The notes: generated by a model from the sequence alone, not told the origin. DNA of 47,924 nucleotides from Candidatus Micrarchaeota archaeon (GCA_038046765.1 JBBSVN010000006.1:67592-115515); one strand, 5' to 3'; counted from the first letter of the stretch, positions 9,914 to 19,185 are shown. A program made the numbers and translations.

Positions 9914-10189
9914 TCTAGTACAAGCAAAATAGTTGTCAGAGCATCTTGATTTGCAGCTCTCCTTTTCATTTTCAATGGAATTAGTATTACAAAGATTATC
10001 GCAAGTAACTTTTTCTACATTACAATCTCTTGTATTGATAGGTACGCTTTCTTTAGAAGAAATTCCTTTAGAGTTTGTCTCCTGCATTGTTTTTTTAACA
10101 TTTTCAAAGTTGATATTGCTTGCGCATCCAAATAAAAAAAGAGAAAGAACGAGAACAAAAAGGAACATCAAAAGATATTTAAGTGTCAT
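9905..10189 (-). CDS. Cys-rich putative lipoprotein
   Basis: Hydrophobic signal ending in LFGC; six further Cys in the C-terminal half. Confidence 0.7.
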   Translation of the reverse strand: MTLKYLLMFLFVLVLSLFLFGCASNINFENVKKTMQETNSKGISSKESVPINTRDCNVEKVTCDNLCNTNSIENEKESCKSRCSDNYFACTRSN

Positions 10190-10264
10190 AATAGAAAAAT
10201 AAACACGAAATATTAAAAAGCTAAAGCAAGATGTCTAAATAAGACTAATCAGTATGGGGAGCAA

Positions 10265-10810
10265 ATGGAAGATCTAAAAGACATAGTTTATTCGATTGCA
10301 AGCGGATTTGAAAACAGGAATCTGCGCAAGCTAAGAAAAATAAACGACCACTTATTAGGAAAAGTACTAGTAGAATTTTCCAAAGTAAGTTATGAACTTG
10401 CAGTTATTTCATATGTTTTATCTAAGATCGTTTCAAAGCCAAGATTTCTTGAAAATGAAAAAGGCTTAAACGAGATAGAAAACAGCATAAAGAATTTAGG
10501 CAGATGGATAGGTAAAAACAATCACGAACAAATAGAAGCAGCATTAAAGATACTTTATAAAAGCATCCATGAGCTTGAAAAGGAAGATCCAAGATTTATA
10601 ATTGATTTAGTTTCCAAAGGAAAGCTAAAGGCAGCAGCAACAATGTATGCACAAGGAATATCTTTAGGTGTAGCTGCCGAAATGACCGGAATAGAAAAAC
10701 AGGAGATACTTGATTACGCCGGAAAAACGATGATGTTTGACCGCGTAAGAGACGAGATGACGATAAAAGATAGACTAAAAACAGCAAGAAAACTAATCGG
10801 AAGAGAATGA
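10265..10810 (+). CDS. Hypothetical protein with C-terminal UPF0175-like HTH
   Basis: GISLGVAAEMTGI resembles the UPF0175 HTH; directly upstream of a PIN gene. Confidence 0.7.
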   Translation: MEDLKDIVYSIASGFENRNLRKLRKINDHLLGKVLVEFSKVSYELAVISYVLSKIVSKPRFLENEKGLNEIENSIKNLGRWIGKNNHEQIEAALKILYKSIHELEKEDPRFIIDLVSKGKLKAAATMYAQGISLGVAAEMTGIEKQEILDYAGKTMMFDRVRDEMTIKDRLKTARKLIGRE

Positions 10811-10816
10811 ATATTT

Positions 10817-11515
10817 ATGGAAACACCAGCACTAATTTGTGATTCTAGCTCACTTATATCGATAACAGATGCCTGCTTGGATAATTTATTTCCATATTTA
10901 ACAAATAAATTTAATTTAAAATTTATAGTACCCCCATCTGTCGAATATGAGACAGTCACACATCCCTTACAAGCAAACCTAAAACAGTATGCTTTTTCTG
11001 CACTTAGAATAAAACACGCAATATATAAAAAGAATTTATCTAAATGGGACAACCCAGGAGAAGAGATTAAACAAAAAACAGAAGAGATACTAAAAATAGC
11101 AAATAACATGTTTTTTGTAAAAGGTAAACCATTAAGGTTAATTCATTTAGGAGAAACAGAAGCACTTGCAATAGCAAAAATGTATGATATTAAAAATTTA
11201 TTAATAGATGAACGAACAACAAGAATGCTTATAGAAGCCCCATTTAAACTAAAAGAACACCTTGAAGACGAATTTAAAATCCACATTATGGTCAGCAGAG
11301 ACAACATGCAAAAATTCACCGAATTAATCAAAGGAATTACCTGCATAAGAAGCAGTGAACTAGTTATAATCGGATATGAAAATGGATATTTTGATGATTA
11401 TAAGGAAATGAAAAAAGAAATTCTTGAGGCCTCATTATATAAGATAAAGTTATCTGGTTGCAGTATAAGATTCGATGAGATAACTGAATTTATCAAATCA
11501 ATAAGTAATTTATAA
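10817..11515 (+). CDS. PIN-domain protein (DUF3368-like)
   Basis: ICDSSSLI, GETEAL, LIDER acidic motifs. Confidence 0.75.
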   Translation: METPALICDSSSLISITDACLDNLFPYLTNKFNLKFIVPPSVEYETVTHPLQANLKQYAFSALRIKHAIYKKNLSKWDNPGEEIKQKTEEILKIANNMFFVKGKPLRLIHLGETEALAIAKMYDIKNLLIDERTTRMLIEAPFKLKEHLEDEFKIHIMVSRDNMQKFTELIKGITCIRSSELVIIGYENGYFDDYKEMKKEILEASLYKIKLSGCSIRFDEITEFIKSISNL

Positions 11516-11529
11516 AAAGTTCGATTTTT

Positions 11530-12186
11530 ATGGTCATCCAAAAAGCTTCAATAGTTGTTGACCAAAGAGAAGAAAAAGCTTTTGATGATAGATTAACCGA
11601 GCTTGGTGCGCAAGTTGAAAGAAAGCAGCTTGAAATTGGCGACTTTATTTGCTCACACAGAACGATTGTCGAAAGAAAAACTCGCGAGGATTTCGAAAGT
11701 TCAATAATCGATGGAAGATTATTTTCACAGCTACAGAATATGATTAGCGCTTACCCAAGAGTAATAATCATTGTTGAAGGAGAAAACAGCGCAGACATAA
11801 TTAGCAAGGAAGCACTTCTTGGAGCATACGCTACAATAATAACAGATTTTGGCGCTGCAATATTTTTTACGCGGGATAAGCAAAAAACAAGTGAACTGAT
11901 TTATGCAATAGCAAAACATGAACAACTAGCAGATAAGCACATACTAAGAATTTTTCCTAAAAAGAAAACACATACTGTTTCGCAGTCACAGCGGGCGATA
12001 ATCGAAACTTTTCCTATGATAGGCCCGAAAATGGCAAAAATTCTTTTGGAGCATTTTGGAAATGTTGAAAATATAATTAACGCTAAGGAGGAAAAACTTC
12101 TTGAAGTTAACGGAATGGGAGAGAAGAGAGCTAAGACGATTCGAAGTGTGATTGAAGGGGAGTATAAGAAAGAGGAGGACGAATAA
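11530..12186 (+). CDS. xpf: Short XPF/ERCC4 nuclease with tandem HhH
   Basis: VVDQRE, GDF, VERKTREDF..SIIDGRL; HhH motifs PMIGPKMA and NGMGEKRA. Confidence 0.9.
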   Translation: MVIQKASIVVDQREEKAFDDRLTELGAQVERKQLEIGDFICSHRTIVERKTREDFESSIIDGRLFSQLQNMISAYPRVIIIVEGENSADIISKEALLGAYATIITDFGAAIFFTRDKQKTSELIYAIAKHEQLADKHILRIFPKKKTHTVSQSQRAIIETFPMIGPKMAKILLEHFGNVENIINAKEEKLLEVNGMGEKRAKTIRSVIEGEYKKEEDE

Positions 12187-12248
12187 TCTTATTAAAAATA
12201 GAGAGTATACAAATTCTTTTTTTAACCTTACCCGCGTAATCTTGTGTT

Positions 12249-13151
12249 ATGTATTTTCCATGCAACGAGCACACGATTTCCCTAGACCACGGCAAGGAAA
12301 ATTGCATCGCATTTTATTCTCACGCCCACAGCGATCACTTAAATAAAGTAAAAAAAGCTAAGAAAATAATCGCAAGCGAAGAAACAATAGCACTTGGAAA
12401 TTTAAATGGCGAAATATTAGATATCGCAGCGATGCCGAATATAAAACTCCATAATGCAGGCCACATTCTAGGAGCAAGACAAATAGAAGTCGAACATGAC
12501 GGAGCAAAGGCAGTTTATACCGGAGATATTTGTTTAAGGGACAGTCACATAACAAAAGGCGGAAAAATACTAGAATGCGATAAACTAATTATCGATGGCA
12601 CATATGGTTCGCCAGAATATAAATTCCCAGATTACTTAGATATATGCGACCAAATTGCAAATTATGTAAAGTCTAACACAGACGCGAACATAATAATCGG
12701 AGCTTACGAACTAGGAAAAACACAGGAAATTATAAAAGTACTAAATGAGCTGTGCAAAGTCGCTCCTGTTGTAACAGAAAATATGGAGAATTTTTGTAAA
12801 GTTTATGAAAAATTTGGAGTTAAACTTGATCGCGTAGAAGTTGGAAGCCTTGAAGCAGAAGAAATTATGAAGTCCAGTTTTGTTGCAATCGTTCCAATGA
12901 GACACGCTAAAAGATATTTTGCAAGAAGATTACAGGAAGCATTTCAAAAGAAAACACTCGCAACAATTTCAACTGGCTGGGCGTTAAAATATCGATTCGA
13001 TGTAGACCAAGCATTCCCCCTGAGCGATCATCTTGATTTTGACGATTTAGTAGATTACGTACAAACGAGCGGCGCTAAGGAAGTTGGTTTTATACAAGGA
13101 GATGGTAACAAAGTAATAGAAAAATCAGGTGTAAAAAGACTTATTTTTTAA
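12249..13151 (+). CDS. MBL-fold beta-CASP nuclease (SNM1-like / ligase-associated exonuclease-like)
   Basis: SHAHSDH, AGHILG, YTGD, DGTYG, PLSDHLDF motifs. Confidence 0.85.
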   Translation: MYFPCNEHTISLDHGKENCIAFYSHAHSDHLNKVKKAKKIIASEETIALGNLNGEILDIAAMPNIKLHNAGHILGARQIEVEHDGAKAVYTGDICLRDSHITKGGKILECDKLIIDGTYGSPEYKFPDYLDICDQIANYVKSNTDANIIIGAYELGKTQEIIKVLNELCKVAPVVTENMENFCKVYEKFGVKLDRVEVGSLEAEEIMKSSFVAIVPMRHAKRYFARRLQEAFQKKTLATISTGWALKYRFDVDQAFPLSDHLDFDDLVDYVQTSGAKEVGFIQGDGNKVIEKSGVKRLIF

Positions 13152-13338
13152 GCTCTGCAAAAATCCTACTTTTGGGAGCCTCCCGCCCTAGCCCAATGTT
13201 TTACTTGTAGACGGGCTTTCGTTCGTTGCTTGAGCAACGAAAGTCGATTAAAGACAATTCTTAGACAAACATTCTGCAAGACAAATTTTAACTAACAAAA
13301 AAGAGAACATATTTAATGCTCTTTAGAGAAGCAGAACT

Positions 13339-14202
13339 ATGATTCAGCAAGTACTAAAGGTTTCATACCAAATTACAAGTGAGGGAATTAAACCGTTAGT
13401 AGAAGCAAGAGTGATAATCCAAAATGATGATGTATTAGCCTTACTCGCAAAACAAGTCCTTTCTGAAGGTCTAGTTAAAAGAAAAAGCGAGGAAGAAGTA
13501 CTTGCAAAAACTAAAGTAAAGGAAAGTAACAGGATTGAAAAAAAGAAAGGTTCTGCAAAAGAAGGAGAATTTGAAACTAGAACGTATATTCTAAGCTATT
13601 TTAACCCAGAACTAGATAAAGCAGAGGAATTGGAAGAAACTACCGAATTGGAAATAAAAGACCCAATTCAGGCAAGTATTGAAGAAGCAGTTGGAGAAAA
13701 ATCTACTTTTAAGATATATTCTTTTATTGCATCGCCGATTATAAGAAAGGAAATAAACCCAGAAATAGTAAAGGAAATACTTGAGAACAGAGATTACGAT
13801 ACTCCACCTAAATTTGGTGGTGCGCAAATAGTCCGAATTTTAAATAGTAGCAACAGCAAAATAAAAATAATTCCTGCAGAAGCATACAAAGCAACGATCG
13901 AAATGGTAAAACGAAAGGAATTAATTGAGAAAAGAGTCGTACAGCAAATAGTTGTACTTGAAAAAGTACAAGAAGATATTAAAATTAGCCCAAATTTGCA
14001 AAAAATATTAGATAAACTTCCCCCGCTAACAAGGGCAAGAATGTTAATTGCACTTCGTAAAAAGAAACTTGACCAGATCCAGATATTAAAATTACTTGAA
14101 AAAGACTCGAAATTTTTAAAGGAAGTAAAAAAGAAGCTTGAAACAATGACTACCAGTGATTTATTAGCAATAGTAAGGGCAATAAAAGAATTAAATAAAT
14201 AA
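13339..14202 (+). CDS. Hypothetical Lys/Glu-rich protein
   Basis: 287-aa ATG ORF; no recognised motif. Confidence 0.7.
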   Translation: MIQQVLKVSYQITSEGIKPLVEARVIIQNDDVLALLAKQVLSEGLVKRKSEEEVLAKTKVKESNRIEKKKGSAKEGEFETRTYILSYFNPELDKAEELEETTELEIKDPIQASIEEAVGEKSTFKIYSFIASPIIRKEINPEIVKEILENRDYDTPPKFGGAQIVRILNSSNSKIKIIPAEAYKATIEMVKRKELIEKRVVQQIVVLEKVQEDIKISPNLQKILDKLPPLTRARMLIALRKKKLDQIQILKLLEKDSKFLKEVKKKLETMTTSDLLAIVRAIKELNK

Positions 14203-14253
14203 TTAATTTTAATTTAAAAAAAGTAAAGGAAAATAAAAAAAGAAAAATTAAAA

Positions 14254-14406
14254 CTATTTCTTAGCTCTTATTTCTCTCCTTTTTGGTCGTAAGAACGGTG
14301 AACCGCAATTTCGACATTTTTTTACGCTAACTTTGTTTCTTGTTTTGCATTTTCTGCAAATTACAATTTTCATAAGTTCAGCATCAGCTTCAGGAAATTT
14401 ACCCAT
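14254..14406 (-). CDS. rpl40e: 50S ribosomal protein L40e
   Basis: Manual translation MGKFPEADAELMKIVICRKCKTRNKVSVKKCRNCGSPFLRPKRREIRAKK. Confidence 0.95.
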   Translation of the reverse strand: MGKFPEADAELMKIVICRKCKTRNKVSVKKCRNCGSPFLRPKRREIRAKK

Positions 14407-14660
14407 AATATCAACTCAATATAATATTTAATACAATTATTAGATTTAATATTAACGTACAAGATAAGGTATTTAAAACCCATCAAATAGGTTTAAATTA
14501 ACTATTCTAAATTATAAAAAGTACAGTATATAAACTTAGCTGTTATTAGCTAAAATAGGCTAAAAATCTATTTAATAAGGATTATTGTGCATATTTATTA
14601 TTAAAAACTAAGAGTGGCACTCTTATCGAAGTCAGACTTTGGTAATAACTAAATACAATC

Positions 14661-14732
14661 GCCCCGGTAGCTCATTGGTAGAGCGCCTGTCTTGTAAACA
14701 GGAGGTAGTGAGTTCAATTCTCACCCGGGGCT
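14661..14732 (+). tRNA. tRNA-Thr(TGT), intronless, CCA not encoded
   Basis: GCCCCGG/CCGGGGC acceptor, GCTC/GAGC D-stem, CCTGT-CT-TGT-AA-ACAGG, GTGAG-TTCAATT-CTCAC. Confidence 0.97.
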
Positions 14733-14879
14733 ATAAAAGAAGTATTAACTAAATTATCAATCGTTTTTCTCTCTAGCTTCGAAACTCATTCGGATAATAT
14801 GTATACAATGAATCAGGAACGCATCGATACACTGGAGTAGTTTGTTACATTCGATACATACATTTAATGGAAGAGTGAA

Positions 14880-15269
14880 TTAATTATTTGTCAATTCGAC
14901 AACTCCATCTTTATTTTCGATTTTAACTTCCCCATAAAGAGGATTAGAATCAAAAGCAACATTACACTTGAATTTCCGCTCAACATAAACCCCGCTAAAA
15001 TTAAATCCAATAATATTTTTCGAACTAGAATCCGGATAAATGAATTGTGCTTTTGAAGAAAATGGGGCAGAAAAACGATTGCCATTACCGAGTATGCATA
15101 CTTCATCAATTTTGTTAAAGAGATTTTGTGCATCAGATTTGAACTTATAAGAGTCTACAGTAAGTGTTGCTGCATTATTTAATTTAGAAAGATTTGCTAC
15201 TGCAAAAAATAGAACTGCGAGTATGACAACCGTAAGAAGTAAGTATTCTAAAGATAGTTGTGCTTTCAT
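14880..15269 (-). CDS. Class III signal peptide protein (type IV pilin-like)
   Basis: MKAQ-LSLEYLLL prepilin motif at ATG 15269; the ORF-track start at 15356 overlaps the upstream pilin. Confidence 0.85.
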   Translation of the reverse strand: MKAQLSLEYLLLTVVILAVLFFAVANLSKLNNAATLTVDSYKFKSDAQNLFNKIDEVCILGNGNRFSAPFSSKAQFIYPDSSSKNIIGFNFSGVYVERKFKCNVAFDSNPLYGEVKIENKDGVVELTNN

Positions 15270-15273
15270 TTTA

Positions 15274-15510
15274 TCAGTCGCATTTGCCGCTAGTAGGACA
15301 AATATCACCAGAACAGCAAAGTACACGGGTAGAACAATACTCGTCCTTATACGCACATGTTTTAGAAGAATCGATTAATACATCCGTACCTGAGTCAATT
15401 TGAGTACCTAGTTTTTGACCTGTCTTAAAAAGTTGCGTACTTACTAAAGCAACAACCGCCAATAGGACTACGATTAAAATAAGCATTTCAGCAGATAGTT
15501 GACCTTTCAT
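15274..15510 (-). CDS. Small class III signal peptide pilin with Cys-rich C-terminus
   Basis: MKGQ-LSAEMLIL motif; six C-terminal Cys. Confidence 0.85.
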   Translation of the reverse strand: MKGQLSAEMLILIVVLLAVVALVSTQLFKTGQKLGTQIDSGTDVLIDSSKTCAYKDEYCSTRVLCCSGDICPTSGKCD

Positions 15511-15549
15511 AAAAAGAATAAAGGAGAAAAAGAATAAAAAGAGATGTGA

Positions 15550-15625
15550 TTGGCATTGGGTCGTGAGCTATTGAGCAATGGGCAACTACGTAGCTCAAAG
15601 CTCATGGCGCATAGCTCATTGCTAT
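15550..15625. repeat. Inverted pair of degenerate heptamer tandem arrays (TGAGCWA-type / TAGCTCA-type)
   Basis: Left: ttggcat tgggtcg tgagcta t tgagcaa tgggcaa. Right: tagctca aagctca tggcgca tagctca ttgctat. Confidence 0.7.
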
Positions 15626-16380
15626 CTAATATACGAAGTCTGTTGCTCAAGTTGAGGCGCAACGATATTCCTTTGAATTTCCTCTTCTATCCTCTTTAGA
15701 ACTTTCTGGCTGTCTTTAGCCCTCTGTTCAAGCTTCTTTGTATCAATTTCAAATTTAAACATTTTAGAAAGCAAAGTTACAATATCTTTTGCAGCAGCAA
15801 CATCAATATAGCCACCGTGAGTCTCCCCCATGATGCAAATACCGGCCATGCCATTTAGTTTGGACATTGCAGGAATTAAACCAGCAGCTCCAACAATGCT
15901 ACCTTTCGCTTCGCCAAAGACAACACCATTTTTAGCAAACTTTTCCAAAAGCAGCTTAGATGTTGCAACACCAAAGATTTTACGTTTCGCGTTTATTTTA
16001 CCATTACTATAACCGCCAACAGCAACAACCTGTTTTACACCGAATTTCTTGACAAATTGAAGTACAGTAGTTGCAACTTCATACTGCCCATTGGTAGTCA
16101 TTGCCTGAATATCTCCAGTTAAAACTACCAAATCATTAACCTTGGATTTGATAATATAAAAACGATTATTGATAAGTCGCATCCCGCCAGTCTTAGTCAT
16201 AAATACTTGATGCGGAAAGTGAGGGGAATACATATAGGCAAACTTTACTGCCTTTAATTCTTCAACTAGATACCTTCCAACAACTCGGCCAATTAACCCG
16301 ATCCCTGGAAGCCCGATAAGAAGAATAGGATTTTTTAATTTACCAATTTTTTCAATTTCAACAATAGTAGTTTCTTTCAT
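15622..16380 (-). CDS. Proteasome assembly chaperone, PAC2 family
   Basis: GLPGIGLIG, YSPHFPHQV, GSIVGAAGL, CIMGETHG; conserved position after nop10. Confidence 0.9.
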   Translation of the reverse strand: MKETTIVEIEKIGKLKNPILLIGLPGIGLIGRVVGRYLVEELKAVKFAYMYSPHFPHQVFMTKTGGMRLINNRFYIIKSKVNDLVVLTGDIQAMTTNGQYEVATTVLQFVKKFGVKQVVAVGGYSNGKINAKRKIFGVATSKLLLEKFAKNGVVFGEAKGSIVGAAGLIPAMSKLNGMAGICIMGETHGGYIDVAAAKDIVTLLSKMFKFEIDTKKLEQRAKDSQKVLKRIEEEIQRNIVAPQLEQQTSYIR

Positions 16381-16393
16381 ACCAACAACCCCG

Positions 16394-16549
16394 CTAAACT
16401 GCAAGTTCAGAATAATATCTCTGTTTATAAGTAAAGAATCGATCGTGAGGATTAAAAGGAGCTGGGTGCGCAGAAATGGCTAGTTTTCCACAGTGATACT
16501 TTTCCATAGTGTAATCTCCACAGGAGGAACAAAAACGCATTTTTTTCAT
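16394..16549 (-). CDS. nop10: H/ACA RNP protein Nop10
   Basis: Manual translation MKKMRFCSSCGDYTMEKYHCGKLAISAHPAPFNPHDRFFTYKQRYYSELAV; canonical synteny after aIF2alpha. Confidence 0.92.
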   Translation of the reverse strand: MKKMRFCSSCGDYTMEKYHCGKLAISAHPAPFNPHDRFFTYKQRYYSELAV

Positions 16550-16570
16550 ATAATCCACCTTGGAAAATGA

Positions 16571-17338
16571 TTATTGTTTTTTAGATTTCTCGAAAGAAAA
16601 ATCACAATCAAGCTTTTGGGCTACAGATTCTAGCGAGTCTACTTTTTCAACTAATAATTTCTCGCCTTCTTTATAACTCTTTGCCTTAAGCAGGACCTTA
16701 TAATTTGGTGCACCCAGGTATTGTATAACAACACCAGAATCTTCAAGTTTAGAGAGTAACTTTTTAATTGTGTTAAGCCCGTCAGTAGCATAGCAGGTTA
16801 AGTTTACAATTCCGCTAACTTCTACCTCTGCTTTTTTCAAATTCTTTTTTGCAACTTCAAGAATTTGTTTTATTAAGGGCTTTGGCAAGCTGGATTCTTC
16901 AAGATCAGCTGGATTTTCCATAGAATCTTCAAAACAAGCATATACTGAATCGAATTTTTCTTCAATTGCTTTCGTTGCTTCTTCTGGAGTAATTTTAGAG
17001 CCGGAATTTTTTATTGCAAGAGCTAGGAGCATTTCGCCTCGTTTTTCTGTTCTAGCTAGTTCGAGCTTTCGTCTTTTTTCCTGCTCACTGACTCTTTTTA
17101 AAGAAACATCGATTTGATTTTTAGACTGGTCAATAAGATAGACTTTTACAACTAGCCTCTCTCCTTCAGAGACAAATTCGTGTATATTCTTAATCCATCT
17201 GGGTGCGATTTCGCTTACATGTAAGAATGCTTCGGCATTTTCGTATTCCGAAAGAACACAGAACGCACCGTAAGGCATTATTTTCTTTACAACTGCAATA
17301 ACAAGTTCATCCTGCTCAGGTACATTCAACGATATCAA
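16571..17338 (-). CDS. eif2a: Translation initiation factor aIF2 alpha subunit
   Basis: S1 domain (YGAF..L.EY...AFLHVSEIA..WIKNI) and YLGAPNY. Confidence 0.95.
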   Translation of the reverse strand: MISLNVPEQDELVIAVVKKIMPYGAFCVLSEYENAEAFLHVSEIAPRWIKNIHEFVSEGERLVVKVYLIDQSKNQIDVSLKRVSEQEKRRKLELARTEKRGEMLLALAIKNSGSKITPEEATKAIEEKFDSVYACFEDSMENPADLEESSLPKPLIKQILEVAKKNLKKAEVEVSGIVNLTCYATDGLNTIKKLLSKLEDSGVVIQYLGAPNYKVLLKAKSYKEGEKLLVEKVDSLESVAQKLDCDFSFEKSKKQ

Positions 17339-17345
17339 CCACAGA

Positions 17346-17516
17346 TTAATTTTTCGCTACTTTTTTATTAATTTTTCCATGAATAACTGCATCCCCTCCC
17401 GTTGGTTCTACAACGACTTCATTGCATGAGGGACAGGATAGTTTCATAGTAGAGTTACTAAAAACAGTAAGCTCATTACCGCATTTACATGTGACATTTA
17501 AAAAATTACTTGCCAT
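17346..17516 (-). CDS. rps27e: 30S ribosomal protein S27e
   Basis: SNFLNVTC.CGN...VFS, CPSC, PTGG. Confidence 0.92.
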   Translation of the reverse strand: MASNFLNVTCKCGNELTVFSNSTMKLSCPSCNEVVVEPTGGDAVIHGKINKKVAKN

Positions 17517-17556
17517 TAAAAACACCATTTTTTTGATTAATAATAGATTTTAAACT

Positions 17557-17838
17557 TTATGCTTTAAGCTCAAGTTTTTTTACAGTTCTACCTTTTATTA
17601 TCTTTTCGTGTTTTTTCTTACAAGATAAACACTCCAACATAACTCTTTGGGTCTTACCCTGTTTCTTAACAGTTTTCTTACCTGCACGTTTACCACCGTG
17701 ACCAGATAAACTTCTGTCGTGAGCTAAGGTACCAGCAGACATAGTCCTGGCTTTTCCCTTACTAAGCACTTTTACCTTATGTGCGCCGTGTTTTTTACAA
17801 GACGGGCAATAGACTCTTACTTCCTTTGGAAATTTCAT
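17557..17838 (-). CDS. rpl44e: 50S ribosomal protein L44e
   Basis: MKFPK..RVYCPSCKKH, GHGG, LECLSCKK. Confidence 0.95.
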   Translation of the reverse strand: MKFPKEVRVYCPSCKKHGAHKVKVLSKGKARTMSAGTLAHDRSLSGHGGKRAGKKTVKKQGKTQRVMLECLSCKKKHEKIIKGRTVKKLELKA

Positions 17839-17873
17839 AACTTATCAACCATTTAAAAGTTTTAAAATAAATA

Positions 17874-18407
17874 TTAAAGCGGTTCTGCAAGCTTCGATTT
17901 TAAAAGCCATTCTGCTTCTGTAAGAGGTAAATCACATTCCTCCCCAATTTTAAAAGGTCCATACGTCATATCATCTAAACCTTTATAAGGCTGAATATCT
18001 TTTAAGACGCGAATCTTTTTAAAAGCAGAGCTAGTCGCATTACCAATAATATAATTATTCTCGTCACTATTTAAAAGGTTATCTAAATTGGACCTCGAAT
18101 TAGTGATAAGTTGTCTTATTTGATCGAGCATGGTTTGTTCTTCTTTCGTGAGGCCGGGGATGGTACTTTCACCACGAAGAGCGATAAGCACAATTTTTTC
18201 TTCCCGTTTTGAACGAATTGTGAGTGCAATTTTTTTTACGTTTTCATATTCCTTGAAGGCAAGAATAGATTTTGAGGACATTGCTTCCTGTTTTTTCTTG
18301 AATAAAAATTCGGAAACCTGGATATAAAAATTCTGTTCTAGAGTAGTAATTGCAGCAGAACTCATTTCTTTTTTTTGAATATCCCGAAGGGTAGAATACG
18401 AAAGCAT
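17874..18407 (-). CDS. GINS complex subunit (Gins15/51-type)
   Basis: Helical A domain (REEKI, LTKEE) plus C-terminal B domain (GLDDMTYGPF..G...LP..EAEWL); synteny with L44e. Confidence 0.85.
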   Translation of the reverse strand: MLSYSTLRDIQKKEMSSAAITTLEQNFYIQVSEFLFKKKQEAMSSKSILAFKEYENVKKIALTIRSKREEKIVLIALRGESTIPGLTKEEQTMLDQIRQLITNSRSNLDNLLNSDENNYIIGNATSSAFKKIRVLKDIQPYKGLDDMTYGPFKIGEECDLPLTEAEWLLKSKLAEPL

Positions 18408-18492
18408 AAAAATCACTATTTTTAAAATAAGCGTTATTTATTAGCTGCTTAAATTTTATATGACTATGTATTTCACAACAACAGTAATTTAA

Positions 18493-19185
18493 TTATTTCT
18501 TACTTTTTGATTTTTGTAAATCTTTTTCTTCTAGAGGAGTGTGTTCTTTAAATGAAATTTCTTTCGTTTTATTTTTTTGATTTGTAGAAGTTTGTTTTTC
18601 TAAAGATTCTTTTTCACTGTTTTGACTAGAAAATAAATTATCATCCTTGAAATTATTTACGTTCTCCAGTTCACTTTGCTTAGACGAATTTTTATTTCCC
18701 CGAATAAACTCATTTAAGAATTTGATAAAAGAAATTAAGATACTTTGTTTATCTTTTTTAGACTCTTTTACCCGTATCATCCACATGGGTGGTTTTTCTG
18801 AGCCAGTCCCTTTCCATTTCTTTTTTTCTTTTTCTGCACAGTTTTCGCACATTTTTAAACCATTTAAAATAAAGACAGTAGATAATTTTTTCTTACAGAT
18901 GTCACAGTATTCTGGTTCTAAGTCTGATTCATGTGAAGACGGATCTTTGTTAGAAAGTTTTTCAGTTGGTTGTTCTCTTGAGCGATTTTCGCTACGTAAA
19001 TCTGCAATGCAATATTGGCAGCATAATTGTCCGCGATATTGCTGCATTTCAGTAACTGGTAGATACATTCTGCAACGATTACATTGGCTATTGCTTGCGT
19101 AGAATATGCATGATGTGCAATATGGTAACCCATCTGTACCATATTCTATTTGACCTTCACTAGCACCGCACCTGTAACATTGCAT
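18493..19185 (-). CDS. Multi-CxxC zinc-finger protein with low-complexity C-terminus
   Basis: Six CxxC pairs (CYRC, CTSC, CNRC, CQYC, CDIC, CENC). Confidence 0.75.
   Translation of the reverse strand: MQCYRCGASEGQIEYGTDGLPYCTSCIFYASNSQCNRCRMYLPVTEMQQYRGQLCCQYCIADLRSENRSREQPTEKLSNKDPSSHESDLEPEYCDICKKKLSTVFILNGLKMCENCAEKEKKKWKGTGSEKPPMWMIRVKESKKDKQSILISFIKFLNEFIRGNKNSSKQSELENVNNFKDDNLFSSQNSEKESLEKQTSTNQKNKTKEISFKEHTPLEEKDLQKSKSKK

Noticed and set aside
14733..14879. Integrated element or att site at tRNA-Thr (TCGATACA occurs twice)
   Set aside because: No duplicated tRNA 3' end or integrase seen; an 8-bp repeat is weak evidence.
15270..15356. N-terminal extension of ORF 14880-15356
   Set aside because: Overlaps the upstream pilin; the class III signal begins at ATG 15269.
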